Assembly (NCBI RefSeq): GCF_041956535.1
Contig: NW_027192194.1
Coordinates: forward strand, 279,444 to 343,443
Length of the DNA: 64,000 nucleotides
Source: Calcarisporiella thermophila CBS 279.70
Lineage: Eukaryota; Fungi; Calcarisporiellomycota
Direction: 5' to 3'
Both the position numbers and the translations under genes were made by a program. This document shows, one piece after another, positions 1-13,133 of this stretch. Numbering within the stretch: the stretch's first letter is position 1; every line of letters begins with the position of its first letter. A model generated the notes under the pieces. That model searched no databases and was not told the DNA's origin. It worked only from the letters and a program-made list of their open reading frames with translations.

Positions 1-778
1 CTACCAGTTGCTTTCTTTTTTGTTGAGCACGGTTACAGCATTGCCACCGTTAATGGAAGGAGTATGCAAGTATGCTTTTTAGCAAAATGATCTTATATTC
101 CTTGAGATCATAAAAGAGCTGACTTAATTTATGATATCTTAATTTTCATTTATAGCCTACCTTTAATCCTGACACGAGTCTTCTAAAGCGAGACATAGTG
201 CTTTTAGACAAATTTAGTGTTATGCGTCGAAAGATTGAAGTTGGAGATGTTGTCACATTAGCGTATGTATTCATTATACTCATATGATTATTAGAATTTT
301 ACCTTTTTCTTTTGCCCAATAGATCACCAAACGATCCAAAACGTTATATTACTAAACGCGTAATTGCAGATGAAGGCGATTTAGTACGGACATTACCCCC
401 TTATCCAGAAAGCATCGGTAAAGGTCAATTATTCTTCTATACATTATTCTTGGTCTAAACCTTTAATTTATCGATAATGCTAGTTAGGATACCAAAAGGG
501 CATTGCTGGGTGGAAGGGGACGAGACGTTTCATAGTAGAGACAGCAATACTTTTGGACCAGTATGGTTTATTATTTTGGCATCATGTATCGAATCAATAT
601 CCTAAAAAAATTCTAATGAATAAAATAGGTACCACAAGGTCTTATAAATGCCAAAGTGACATGGATTCTCTGGCCACTCTCTCGCTTTGGTCCTGTCCCT
701 TCACGCACAAAATCTGATCGCATTGTGTCAAGAGGACCGCCGGTTCAGTTTGTAGAAGACAACGATTCCTGGCTATAA
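1..778 (+). CDS. IMP2: Mitochondrial inner membrane peptidase subunit 2 (peptidase S26), 5' end outside the window, 5 exons visible
   Basis: Spliced across GT-AG introns it reads ...VNGRSMQ|PTFNPD...EVGDVVTLA|SPNDPKRYITKRVIADEGD...RIPKGHCWVEGDETFHSRDSNTFGP|VPQGLI...WPLSRFG. These are the Ser/Lys dyad motifs of Imp2/IMMP2L. Stop TAA at 776-778. Confidence 0.9.
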
Positions 779-1212
779 TTAAGATATTCGTGATTTGGGC
801 TGACTTACTCAACCCAATATCTGCTTTTATGGCTAGAATGATTTATTAGAACCTTTATTAAGTTTCTACATTGTGTATCTGCTTTTATAAGCATTTTGGA
901 TTCCCCCTCAAAACATTTATTTAATTAACAAAGAGCAACTAATATTACCTAAATACATTGAAGGCGCAAAGAAATGGGGTGTGAAAAACTGGAGACTAAT
1001 AGTTGTAGGAGTTGGAAAATGCAAAACTAGGGTTTATATTTAAACCCAAATAATAATATAAAAAAAAAAATAGACCAACAAGCAAATAAACGAGTAGAAA
1101 TTTGCATCATGCTAATTTATGAATGATTGTAAAGTTGGGTGGAGTAAAAAAAGGAGTGGAATGAGATAGAGAATAAAAAGATGCAATAATGTAAAAGCAC
1201 AAAGAAGAAACA

Positions 1213-4200
1213 TCACTCCCTTTCTTCAGATCTGACTGTTTCTTCTACCTTAGTTTTTGTTGAAGATGCTGATATGTGGGAAACCGACGAAAGTCTTGAA
1301 GGTGAACGACACATATCAATTGGTAACTGGCCACGCAAAGTCTTCTTTGTATTAATATAAGCGATAGCTTCAGCATCCAAATCGGTTGTATCAAGGGAGT
1401 CAAGGTCTGCGCCGTTAAGGATGAGCAGTTCGGCTAATGAAAATTGAGTCAGTCCACATACTGTATTGTCTTGATTGATCTCTGACTGGCCGAAAGCGAT
1501 TACATTCGAATTATTGCCTGAATTTTCCTCTGTAGTTTGTGTCTCAAGCTGCGTTCCGAGATTAGCGATGAGTGGCACAGGTATGGTGGTGATATCTGAA
1601 GTTGACTGAGTGAGAGCAACTTGAAGTGGAGAGGAAGACACTACATTTTCGGGTAATAATTTCTCATCCATTATGACAGGTTCGCACACCGAATCGATAG
1701 GGTTAGCTTCCTCTGACGAGTTGGATTTCCCCAACTCATTCCGGAATAGAGTCGCATTGAGCTCTGCACCGTGAGCTATAGCCTTTGAGGCTAAGGGGAT
1801 ATCCTTAGCTCTTATCGCACGGTATAGCATATCTGTTGGCGACTCCGCAAAGTCTTCAAATTTGCTTACGTACGCTTTTTCCACATATTTGGCCACAATG
1901 AAATTATGCTTAATCTTTCGCTCATCGAACGGCCCTGGCTTTGGAGTAGATGAATTTCCATTGATGCACGCTTCCCAAATTTGATTTGCTTGCTCGTTCC
2001 CCATTCTCTGTAAAAGAGCAATTATTTCGGGTGTGAACGACATGGTGTCAAGAGTGAGTGAGCGAACTTTAGAGATATGTGGGCCCAGACTGCGATGTAT
2101 TCCAGAGCATTCAATACAAAAAAGTATCCCTAGGTTGATGCTACACCATTGCGGATCAGGGGCGGCACATTCTGCACAGTGTCGATTTCCTGGCACTTGC
2201 CATAATAGATGCAGCAACTCCGTGTCATTACCACCACCGGGAGTAAATTCATCTATACACTTTCCACAGTCGTTAGGCTTGACCACATCTATTGCCACAG
2301 GTTCTCTTGCTACCATTGCTTTCCCTGTCATATTAGACTGTGGTATTGGTGCAACTATGAGTGCGCTTAATTCATCCATTGCTTCCGTGCTTCCTCCCAT
2401 TAATTTCCGCTTTCTAGACGTGTTATATCTCAATAGTGACGCTGAGGAAAATAATCTGGATGCTCGATTCTTCCGCTTCTGTTGATTCAGGTGCTCTTGT
2501 GCTTGTATTTGTACGTCGTCTACATCCAAAACAGTATTACTCGAGTCCACCCCCTCGTTCCTGTTGAGCTTATGCTTGATAGCGGTTCTAATTGTTTGGA
2601 TCCAAACATACATGTCCTCTACGCAGCTAGCTTGGAAAATTCGTCGGAATCGAGGTGTGACTACTTCAAAACAGAAATGGCGGTCCTGGTCTAAGGCTTC
2701 GCGAACTATGGCAAGACGTAGATCGATAGGAGAATTGTGAAGCTCAGGTTGACGCTGCCAATGAATATATTCACGAAGGTAACCGTCTTCAGTTATCGTG
2801 CACCAATACCTATATATAATAAATAATTTAGTCAATGAATATATGATTTTAATATGATTCGGCTTCATACATTCTCCAAGCGTGCTTGAAGCCTACATCA
2901 GTCATTGCACCTGCTGCATGAGCCTGAGGTTTCGAGGTCGCAAACAAGAATCCTTCGTAGATTCCATTGGGTGAGATATTTATCTCTTTTGAGAATGCGT
3001 GAGCTTCCTCCTCCTCGACTGGAAGCGGCAGCTCCAACTTTGCTTCAAGTAATGTGCGATGCTCAGTATACTGGGTCTCTATTGCTTTTGCCCGGCACAT
3101 TGCAGAAGTAGTCTCCGCACGCAGTTCCTCAAGTGCTGGGGTCAAGTTTGACACTTGATTAGCCAAACCAAGCACATGTGTTGCATATCTCTCGCAGTAA
3201 GCTTCAATCCCTGAGCGAATATCCAGATTCACTCGCCCAGTATTCAAATCACAGAGCGCCTTATAATACCCAATCCGACTCAGCTCAAACTTCGCCCGTC
3301 TTATCTGAAATTTTGCTTCTGAAGTATGAGAAGGAACCCCGGTTCGGGCAAGATATCGAGATAACCAGGCATAATACGCTTTACTCTCATCGTCGAATTT
3401 CTTTTTGTATGACTCGATGTGCTGCAAATGTTGCTGATAAACCGTAGAGAGGGGATCGATAACCAAAAACTTGAGCTCTTTTGTTATCTCTTGTAATGGA
3501 GCAACTTTATCTGCAACTTGGTCGAGGAATGTTGTAAACAAAGGTTTCATAGGGGCCAGTGGCCTCATCTCGTCTAACAAGTTTGTATTGGCTTCAAGTG
3601 CTGTCTTGTGAGCTTGAAGTGACACCTCAGCTGCCCTCAATACCTTCTTCACTTGTTTTTTCAACTGAATACTGGATAATTCAAGTTCATGAAGTGTTTT
3701 TCGAAATACTGGGCCATCTTCAATGAAGGGAGTAGTATCTGATCCAGATATTGGAGAAGGTGGTGGGGTTACCGGATGACATACAGTTGCAGCAGGTGTG
3801 GCGACGGCTTCTTGTGAGACAGTTGTGTATTCACTCGAAATGGAAGCCCATGAAAAACGACGGAATATCCTTGGTGCAGAAGACCAGTAAGAAGACCGCG
3901 GAGAGGAGGAGTCAGAAGAAGGCGTGCAAGGAGAGAGGTGTAGAGTATCTCGCTGCTGCTGGGTTGATTGCAACCAAATGTCGAATTGGGCCAATACTTT
4001 GTAAGTATCTGAAGAAACACATTGCTCAACAAACTTGAAAATGAAAGAGATGAATATCGTATAAAAATCATCAGAAGTAATATAAATTTACCGCTATACG
4101 AATAGACCGGCCCGTCAGTTCCTTAGAAAAAATTTTTGGGATGCTCCATTCCCATTTATATTCCCCATCTTGGGCAAAACTCCCAATAGAAGTGTATTCT

Positions 4201-4694
4201 AGGTTCTACACAAGGGAAAGTGGGTGATAATAAGAAATCACTCTATACAGATATCAACTACTCTACTTACATCAGCCCCTATCCTTAGGTTTTCAGGCGT
4301 CAAGCTCTCTTCTTCTGGCACAATCAAGAGCCCGAGTTTTCGCGGTGTGTGTGTTCCAACAAAAAATTTAAACTGAACTCTTGTGTCCCCTTCCTGAATG
4401 ATTTTAGGCAGGAGAACTGGACTCGGGCATTCGCCCTTTGATGACACTTGAACGAATTCTAGTGGCCATTGGGGCATTGTAGAGCAAATGACGCCTTTCT
4501 GAATTTTATAGTTTATACTATTATGCTCGCCATTCCTGACTGTGAACTCAAGAAGGTCGACTAGTTTGGCAGTGCAAAAATTTTAGTGAACCTTTTAGTG
4601 TCGAAAAAAACAATTCAAGCTACTCATACTTACAATGTGTTGCGTCGTCAATAAAACAACTTCTCTGAGTCAATGACGAGTGAGCAGGTCCCAT
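1213..4694 (-). CDS. BAR-PH-ArfGAP-ankyrin protein (centaurin-beta/ACAP, Csx2/Cnt5-like)
   Basis: Exons about 4694-4634, 4560-4271, 4205-4092, ~4033-2871 and ~2809-1213 join in frame. Contains a BAR start (EDGPVFRKTL), a PH domain (CFEVVTP...FQA...WIQTI), the ArfGAP zinc finger CAECAAPDPQWCSINLGILFCIECSGIHRSLG, and ankyrin-like LLILNGAD. Confidence 0.88.
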
Positions 4695-6336
4695 GGTGGT
4701 AGACAGCTTTAATGAAAGAATGAAGGGAAACAGAAGGAAGTGCAATTAACGCTTGGATGCTAAAATTAGATAGTAATATACTTTTCTTGCAAAAAATACA
4801 GATAGCAGTTTAGGGAAAGAAAGGAACACAGGGGAAAAACACAAGAAAAGGGTAGAAAGAGAAACGAAGTGGGGTCAAAGAGTATTAAACAGTTGCAATT
4901 GTCGAGAAAGAGAATTAATAAATTAGAAAACCTTAACAAACAAGGCCAGGGAGAACCATTTGTTTTTCATGCGTGTGGCTGTCAATAAACTCTAAACTGG
5001 ACGTCGATTCTTTGCTGCAATGCGGGTGAAAGACCGGAGACCGTCAAAGAAGGGAAGGAGCCCAATTGAACTTGAATCGTTTGATTGCTTGCAATGCGAT
5101 TACTTCACCGTCGTCAACCTTGTTTTCAACCCAGCTGCGTTGCCTATACTTTTTCGTTCTTTTCATCCCTATGCTGCTACTGTCTAATGATAACCTAATT
5201 ATTATACGCGTTTTCTCTACATCTTCGCGCACACTGCTGTGCATCTTGCATACTTACCCCCTAATCATTGGAAGATATCCTCCACGTTATCCTTGATTAG
5301 CTTAATTGCCATTCACGATTCTCGTAATCAGCTGCTTGAGAAATTGCTGCGCCCTGGCGGTCACCCCGCGAGCCTTCATCTGTCCGCTTCTCTGCCTTTG
5401 CACGGGCGCTTTTTTTTGACATTTTAATATTTATGCGTTCATTAACTAAATTGCTCCCAACCTGCATCAGTGCATATTTTTCTCGAGACCTTCTCAATAA
5501 CAAAGAAAATCCCGTCACTAAATGAGATGGATCAGGTTGCCCATACCTTGTTCACTCTAAATCCTGGTTAATTAGAGAATGTAATCTATCCTATTCTTCG
5601 TCTTTCATTTAGCATCTTGTTTCTTTCGTCTAATTCTTCTCGGCGTCTTTGTAGTACCCGTCTTTCTCACCCGTTTCTTATTGTCTGATAACGTTCTGAA
5701 GCTCTTACAAAACGAAGGGGAAGGGTGAGGATACAGAAAACCCTGTTTTCCCTGAAAGAAGAGATTAGGTGAATGGGCGAATGTAAAGCACATAATATTT
5801 CTGAATTACAAAACTAAGAGTAATGAAGAAAGGATTATTTGTTTTCAAGAATTTCTACTCCATTTTATCGATATAGTTTATTATTATTCTCTTCATCTTT
5901 TGTTGACTATTATACATTCGTCAGGCCGGTTCTATTGTTATTTCTAATTTTACAATTGAGGCGCAACATCAACCTAATGTTGATAATCCGTGAGGTGATT
6001 ATGTTTCTTAGCTGCCATTTAGGCTTTGAAAAATATTGCCATTGTCACATTAAGGCTCTATTATATCGCTTGTAATTTCCATTTCCATAACCAAAGTATA
6101 GTCTGCAAACCTATTATCAATCGAAAAGGATACACATAGTCTCCAAAACTTAATTTATTTGAAATTTATGCTACTATTCCACTACTGAGGTGGGCAAGAG
6201 GCGCAGCTTCGTAATATTCTATTTGTATGAAATATTCCTTATATATCCTATTTCACAAATTTTTACGCGTCTTCTCTGGAAATCACTTTCGCTTTATGTT
6301 TCCCACACTAGTTTCCATGCAATAATCAGGAAAGCA

Positions 6337-8159
6337 ATGGCTCCTAGAATTCCAAGCGAAGTAAAACCTATCTACTCTTCCTCCACTTCCACCACTACCG
6401 CCAGCTCTTTCTCGTCCAGTACGACTACTCTCACATCAGAAACCAATTCCGGTCCTTTAAAAGCATTCCACCAATTTATCGAACAAGCAAAATCGTATGC
6501 ATCAGTAGAATTTGACAAACTCTATGAGAAAATTAGCAGCGTTTTTCCAAGGGTATATTCTATCTTGGGGCTATTCAAAATAGCAGACATTGATTATCTT
6601 TGCTTTTCATTAATTGCAGAAACACGCTACTAATCAGCGGGCATACAAGGTTGCGAAGAGAAGGCCGATAAGACGCGTCGAACATAGACAGGCCGATGTA
6701 TCCAGACTTCCCCAGAGATATAATAATCCAGTCAGACCCCGTGCTAAAGATTATATCAGAATCGTGGATTCGAAATCAAATGACAATAGTAAATATGAAA
6801 AATCATGCTATACATTTTCTAACAAATGCCGACACCTTTACCTTTTTATTTCTTCGATTAGTTCACCCTACATATGCTGGGAAAGTTATGCGAAATCGCA
6901 AAAAATCAGGGCTTAGTCCAGAGCCACATCACTTAACCCAGGTTACAACTAATCAAGTGCATCCAAATCGTTCGTTGACTGAGGCATTCTATGCTGCGCA
7001 AGTGGTCGGAGATGGTCTGCACAAAAGATGTGATGATCAAATAGAGAATATGGCTTGTCTCAGCGAGAATCAACAGGGTAATGCTGTTGACGAATATAAG
7101 GAAAAATTTGCTAAAATGGAAAAAGAACTGGCTGAAGTTAAACAGCAGGTCTGCCACTAAACAATTATTTGGTTTCTAACAGAACTTTGATCGTTATTAA
7201 TGCTACATTTATTGAATCTCTACTATAGCTTGCCGAAATACTTGCAGAACGAAACTCTATCTTCCCAACCACCGGCCCACCACCAATTTCGAATGCACAA
7301 AATATACCATCAGCTCCTCCTCTTCCCCCTCCACCACCACCGCCATCCTCTATTTCAAAGAACCCTGTCGCGCAGGTAGCGACCGACACATCCAAGACAC
7401 CTCAAACACAACCACCTCCGCTAAAGCATCAACCTTACAAGGATATTCTAAAAAATCTAAAGCATGTTAAACTGAAGAGGACAAATGCACCATGGTACAT
7501 ATTGTTTACCTGATTTTTTTCTCACTCTACTTCTAAATCTTTTTACGAAAAAATAGGACTCCATTCAGACTTAGTGTTTCTAGTTGCACGTCCAACAAAT
7601 TTTGGGAGAATGGTGTTGGTAAAGAACCATTAGATGATCGTATCTTTGGAAGTATGTTGGTGTGTTACTTTTTCCCTTTTATAACAGGCAATTAACTATT
7701 CTGACTCTACCAGGAAATAAGATGCACAAGCATAATCTTCCTAGGGACACATCTCAGTCGCACAAACTTCTCAAATCCTATCCTCCCACCACAGAAATGG
7801 AAGATACGCCAACAATTCGTACCGAAGCCTCTGGTTTTTCGACTAGTAAAAATACTGAAATCCTAAGATCACCAAAAATTACCAAAATGCCACCTCCAGA
7901 TGCTGCCGTCCAATTGCGTCAAGGGCGGAGGGCAAGTGAGAATTCAAGGCGTGTTTCGACGCTGGCAGAAGAGTTAGAGCGCGCATCTGATCAGCTATGG
8001 AAGAGCACTGGTGTTCAAAATACACGCTATTCGCCGCTGACTTTAGAGAAGTCAATAACTGAAAAACAGGACATGGATTTGGTGGACCTTACGTATGCCT
8101 CTGATTTCGAGAGAAGCGAGCCCGAGAATATGACTGATTATAATGAGACGGAAAATTAG
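6337..8159 (+). CDS. Proline-rich protein with coiled coil and WH2-like motif, resembling the mitochondrial fission regulator (MTFR1/FAM54) family
   Basis: Six GT-AG exons join ORFs 6190, 6614, 6696 and 7662. Core reads KMEKELAEVKQQ|LAEILAE...APPLPPPPPPP...QPYKDILKNLKHVKLKRT. The gene is clear; the family call is tentative. Confidence 0.55.
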
Positions 8160-8499
8160 TGACAAGGATATCTTCAGAGTAATTTTTTATCCCTTACTAA
8201 TTGTACACTTTAAATAATAATATAATCCTAATTTTCTTATGTTGTCGTACTCTTTTTACGTGTGCGTTTTGTTTTATGTATTGTTTTGCTTTTGCCTTTT
8301 TTTTTAAAAAAAACTTGTTTGTAAATTTCATTTGTTTAGCTACAGAGAAGGTATTTGGAAAAAGAGAAATACGAATGTGTGACAAGTAGCACTAAAGAGA
8401 TATTCAAAATATTTGCCTACTTGATATAGGCCTTAAGAGATTGGGTGTAGGAAAAGATACGAATCGGAAAAGAAGTTTTCGGTGCACCTGTGACCATGT

Positions 8500-8973
8500 T
8501 CAATAGGGTCTTGCGTTACCTATTGGAGCGGCCTGCATATACGGCCCACCAGGATTACCCATTGCATTTGGGCCTAAGTTTGGACCTCCTTGTCGACCAG
8601 GACTATTCTGCGGTTGGCGATAGCGCGAATCAACTGGCATTGGGGGGTTTCTCATTCCGTCAACATTATTCCCTCCGCGTGATCCCGATTGCCCAGGAGG
8701 TGTATTAACACTGTTGAAAAATGTTGGGTTGGGCGTCCCCTTTTGGTTTTGAACGCTAACTGTAGGTTGTTCGTTCATGGTGGCGGTTATCTCAAAACTA
8801 GGGATATTGAAGGGCTTGAAGAAGTCTGCAAGGTTGAGGACAGTGAGGTTGGTGGTTGGAGTGGGATCAACGTTCGATGCTACGCTTCTAGCAGAGAGGT
8901 GAGGTGGTAAGGCATTGGATAGGCAGAACAGGGAAAATGAAAATAAAGTGAAAGCTCTTAACAGCATTGCCAT
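8500..8973 (-). CDS. Small secreted low-complexity (G/P/N/Q-rich) protein of unknown function
   Basis: Intronless ORF. Hydrophobic signal peptide MAMLLRAFTLFSFSLFCLSNA, then a mature region with no Cys and a Gly/Pro/Asn/Gln-rich tail. Confidence 0.65.
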   Translation of the reverse strand: MAMLLRAFTLFSFSLFCLSNALPPHLSARSVASNVDPTPTTNLTVLNLADFFKPFNIPSFEITATMNEQPTVSVQNQKGTPNPTFFNSVNTPPGQSGSRGGNNVDGMRNPPMPVDSRYRQPQNSPGRQGGPNLGPNAMGNPGGPYMQAAPIGNARPY

Positions 8974-9810
8974 AAGTAATAATAACTCTGTCAATCTCTT
9001 AAGTAAAATATATGAACTGAGAATAAAATGTACAGGGGTTAGAAAGAATAAGTAATGTGAAATTGTATAGATAAACAGATACTCTCAAAGAACTATTTTC
9101 CAATTATAACCAAATTATAAGAACTATATGTATAACAATGAAAATCCGCGTAGAGCAAATAAAAGTACCTTACTTTGTATAAGAATTTACAGCTTATGTG
9201 TATCCTTTATATAGTGGTACCAAGATATATCAAAAATATTTTAAAGTTTATCACTGTCGCTGATTGCATCACATTTATAAAAATCATTCATGATAGATGC
9301 AAGAATTAGGTAAAAATCACAAATAAAAGCTGAAGGGGAGAGGGGTTGAACTTGAAAAAATACAACATACGCAACTTTTCACATCATAATCTCTGAACAG
9401 ATATATCTTTAGAGGTTTTCAACCTCAAATCGAAAAATATTTCAAAATAATAAATGGAGCCCATCTATGCTTAACGAAAGATACATTGAGATTGTTGAAC
9501 AATTGAATATTGTATTCTAAATCCGAATTCGATTCGAGAACCCTTCCGCGTGTTAATCCATCGACATGGGAAAAAAAAAGCATCTCAACTACGAATCATA
9601 TAGTTAAATTCAAAGTGGGATTTCATGCTTCGTAATGTAAACAAGCAGTCACATCCTTTGGCCACCCACTCGCTTTTAATTCTTCCATTTATGCAGTATT
9701 TTGGCACGAGTCTTCATCCCCATTTTTACTTCCTCTCCCACTATTTTCTTCTGTTATTTAAGCAAATAGCTCGAAAAAATTTTCAAAATTTCAAGAAAAT
9801 CAATACGATA

Positions 9811-12800
9811 ATGGGCCTATGCACACGCTACATTAAGCACCAATACCTTGTGGAAAACTGCTATCCCTACCCTCCTGGTGACATTTCCCCTAAGAGCAGT
9901 GAACTCTCGTACCTCACATTTTATGCTAGCTCGCGACCTGCAAAGTTAACCAAGGTTGGGCGTTATCTAGAAAAGAAAGTGCGGCTATCAACTTATAAGG
10001 GCCGAATTGAGTAAAATTGATATGTTTCAATGACTAAAATATAGTGATATTTAACGTTTGTTTTAGTGAGACCTTGGTTTCATTAGAGATTTTAAAATCA
10101 CTTGTGCAAACGTGTAAACGTGATCTCAATTTATTCTCAAAGCAAGTGGTGAGTATTATCCAGGTGGTATTATGCACAAAGGACATCAAACTGTTGCCCA
10201 AAGCATATGGCATGGTAAGAAATTATTTATTAAAAAATACTAGCAAATTAATGAACTCATTTTTAAAATTATTATTCTACTCTCTACAGTTTGTTCTTTT
10301 CACCTCAATTATCAGGGGGTCGACATTTAGCGCAGATTCAGATATCACAGAGACTTATGTTCAACTTATACGTAATTTTAGCGATTTGTCTTTAAATAAT
10401 TCAGGGGTCGAGGAAAATATGAGGTGCGATAATTATATTCGCGGATATAAATTTTCGTACTGTTTGTTGCAATTATAATTATAGAATTCGAATACTTGCT
10501 CTGCGAGCTTTGAGAGCTGCTGTCTCCTCGGAAATCCTCTACTCTTCTGCTCCAACTGAACAGCTTATCCCAATTCTCTCCTCGGTGCTCTCTATTATTA
10601 TTGGTTCAAACGAAAGTATGGAAAAATTTCAAGAAAGGTTTGTAGGAAATATTCTCAATACAACCACTTTTTTTTTACTTATCTTGTATCCTATTAGGGA
10701 AGATGCAGAGACCAAAGAAGATTTATTTTCTGAAGAATCTGAAGAGGATACTGAGGAAGAATTACAAATTCAAGCAATGAGAGTGTTGAAGACACTTTTT
10801 GTCAACTCTAACGCAGTTGTTATTCGGTGCTCCCTAGACTCTACCTTCAAGTATATAATGATTAAAGTCTTGGAAACAATTTTATATTGATTTTTTTAAA
10901 TTAAGGTTTCTAGATGGGCAAGGAAAATGGTATCCAAACGAATTTGGGGTAGAACTAATGCGGTTGCTTGTAAAATGCTTCCAGGTAATATCGGCAATTG
11001 ACTTCATGAGTTATAAACATTGAAAGAATTGATGCAGCTTATTTTTCTTTTTATAGCCACAATACCGGTACATGTTAATATCGGACATTGTTCAACGATT
11101 GGATGAAGGAGTTGAGGGGGCGCTTTTCAACGCAAAAAATGTGACACTTGTGGCAATGCTAGACACACTGCTCTCAAGCCAGTATTCATTCCCTGGTCTT
11201 TCAGTACTTGAAATTCTAGGTTCGTTGGTGAACTTTCTGATGAATTCACTTAAGGAACATGATTTGGAGGAAAATGAAAGTGATAATTCGATTATTCAAC
11301 GAAGAATTCATTGCGGTTTAGTACAATCCATTGGTGAGCTATCATTTGCAAACAGTTGGTTAAAACAACTTATTTATACTTTCACTTCAATCAATATCTG
11401 ATAGGCGCACTGGCAAAACATGTGTATTACTACAGCCAGGTGAACGATATCATTTCCCACCTTATTTCCAAATTACGAGTCAACGTTTCGCTTGATGAGG
11501 TCGACGGAATTCCCATTTGGCGATTGCGCTCTTCTGTATTGAAGTGTTTGCTACTTGTCGTGCTCACCAATTACAATGCATCAACGACAACTGATGAAGT
11601 TGAAGAAGGGGTTGGTACAGTTCGCGCCCCACTCTCATTTGAGTTTTGGACACCAGCAATTTGTTTGATATCCTGTCGGAATGTTCGGGTTCGCTTGGAA
11701 TTTATGCAAGCAGTTATAACATTATTGTACAGCCAACTGGCCAAAAAAACTGCAGATAAAAAAATATCTACAAGTCAGACGTTTAGTGAAAATGTTCCAA
11801 TTAACAGTGCCTTCAGAACTACGCTTCATGACGCAATTGTCGAATTCACCTGTTTAGACTATATTCTACCTTGTGATATTATGGCAATCCAGGGATTACT
11901 TGAAGTATTGTTGTTTTATTATGGACAGGATGAAGCAATTAAGTGCGTGCCATTATTGTTTAAGCTACAAGATTTCGCAATGGAGATTCACGATGATTTT
12001 CTTCGCCAACGCGCAATTGCGACCCTCACTCTGCTACACCTTGATAAGATCGCCGAGATAATTTCCTCTTCACTGCTACGCAACTATGTTTCGGGAATAC
12101 GATATGCACGAGTGGAACGCGGTGAATGGATGGATGGGCTGGAGTACCGAAATTTGCAAACCGGACCATGGTTTGAGGCGTCAGCTACCAACTGCGCTAT
12201 GGCAGAAATAGGATGGAGGGGATTTGATGGTGGTGAAGCTAGCCGAAGGAATATGACCGTATGGTTTACACGAGATGCGGTGCGAAATGCGATGCTTTAC
12301 GATTCCCGAATTGTGGATCAGGAAGGTATGCTAGAATACGCACTGGATCTAGAGTTCGGAAATACCAGAGAAATTGGGTAAGCATAAATTTTTGCTTCAT
12401 TATATAATCAGCTGAATTTCTCACGCCGAGATTAGGTCCAGAAAGAAAAATAGTTTTCGGGCCAACTCACATCGAAACTCATCCGAGTCCAAGTTACGAG
12501 TTTCCACTATTTCCTTTGAGCGTGTTGATTCACCACAGCTTGTTAAAGTTGATGATTTACGTCGCGCTCTTTCCGGCGAGATTTCTTCTCCACCTAGCGA
12601 ACGATCCAGTATTGCGGGCGTGTCTGATGGAGCCGAAAGTGGAAATGGGTTTTATGATTTACAGCAAGAGTCCCAACTTCAGCAAACTAGGCAACGGACC
12701 TCAAATGACGATGTCAGAGATTTAAATGATTTATTAAATTCGATCACTGTGGAAACATTGGAGTAAGTAAACCATTTTTTAAGGTCAAGAGGTGATAACT

Positions 12801-12870
12801 AAGCAGTGAAATCATGCTCGTAAATAGAAACCCGAAATACTTATACAACCCTCCATATAATATTTCATAA
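9811..12870 (+). CDS. EFR3: Plasma-membrane PI4-kinase scaffold EFR3
   Basis: N-terminus MGLCTRYIKHQYLVENCYP...SSELSYLTFYASSRPAKLTKVGRYLEKK; also LAKHVYYYSQVNDII and a C-terminal VDDLRRALSG...NPPY. About 10 exons, all GT-AG. Confidence 0.92.
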
Positions 12871-13133
12871 CCAGTTACATCGCTCACTGAACCATATATT
12901 TATATATAATCTTATCTATAATCTAATCCCATCAATGGGACCAATTGTTATATATGAAGCTAATCACTCATATTTCATGCTTGCCAAAAAAAAAAAACTG
13001 ATTCTAAGGTAAAAACAAGTTTATTTCGAAATGAAGCTGTAGACACAGCTTGCAATATGAAAACAAGTGAATAGAAACTCACAAGGCTAAACAAAATGCA
13101 ATATAAGAGAAAAAGCGCGCCTGTAATTCAAAC

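Noticed and set aside
2810-2870. Apparent frameshift between overlapping ORFs 1213..2868 and 2849..3994
   Set aside because: A canonical GT-AG intron joins them (HAWRM|YWC); no frameshift or pseudogene is needed.
9200-9208. GTATCCTTT U12-like donor on the plus strand
   Set aside because: Intergenic, antisense to the nearest gene's 5' region, with no matching branch site or exon context.
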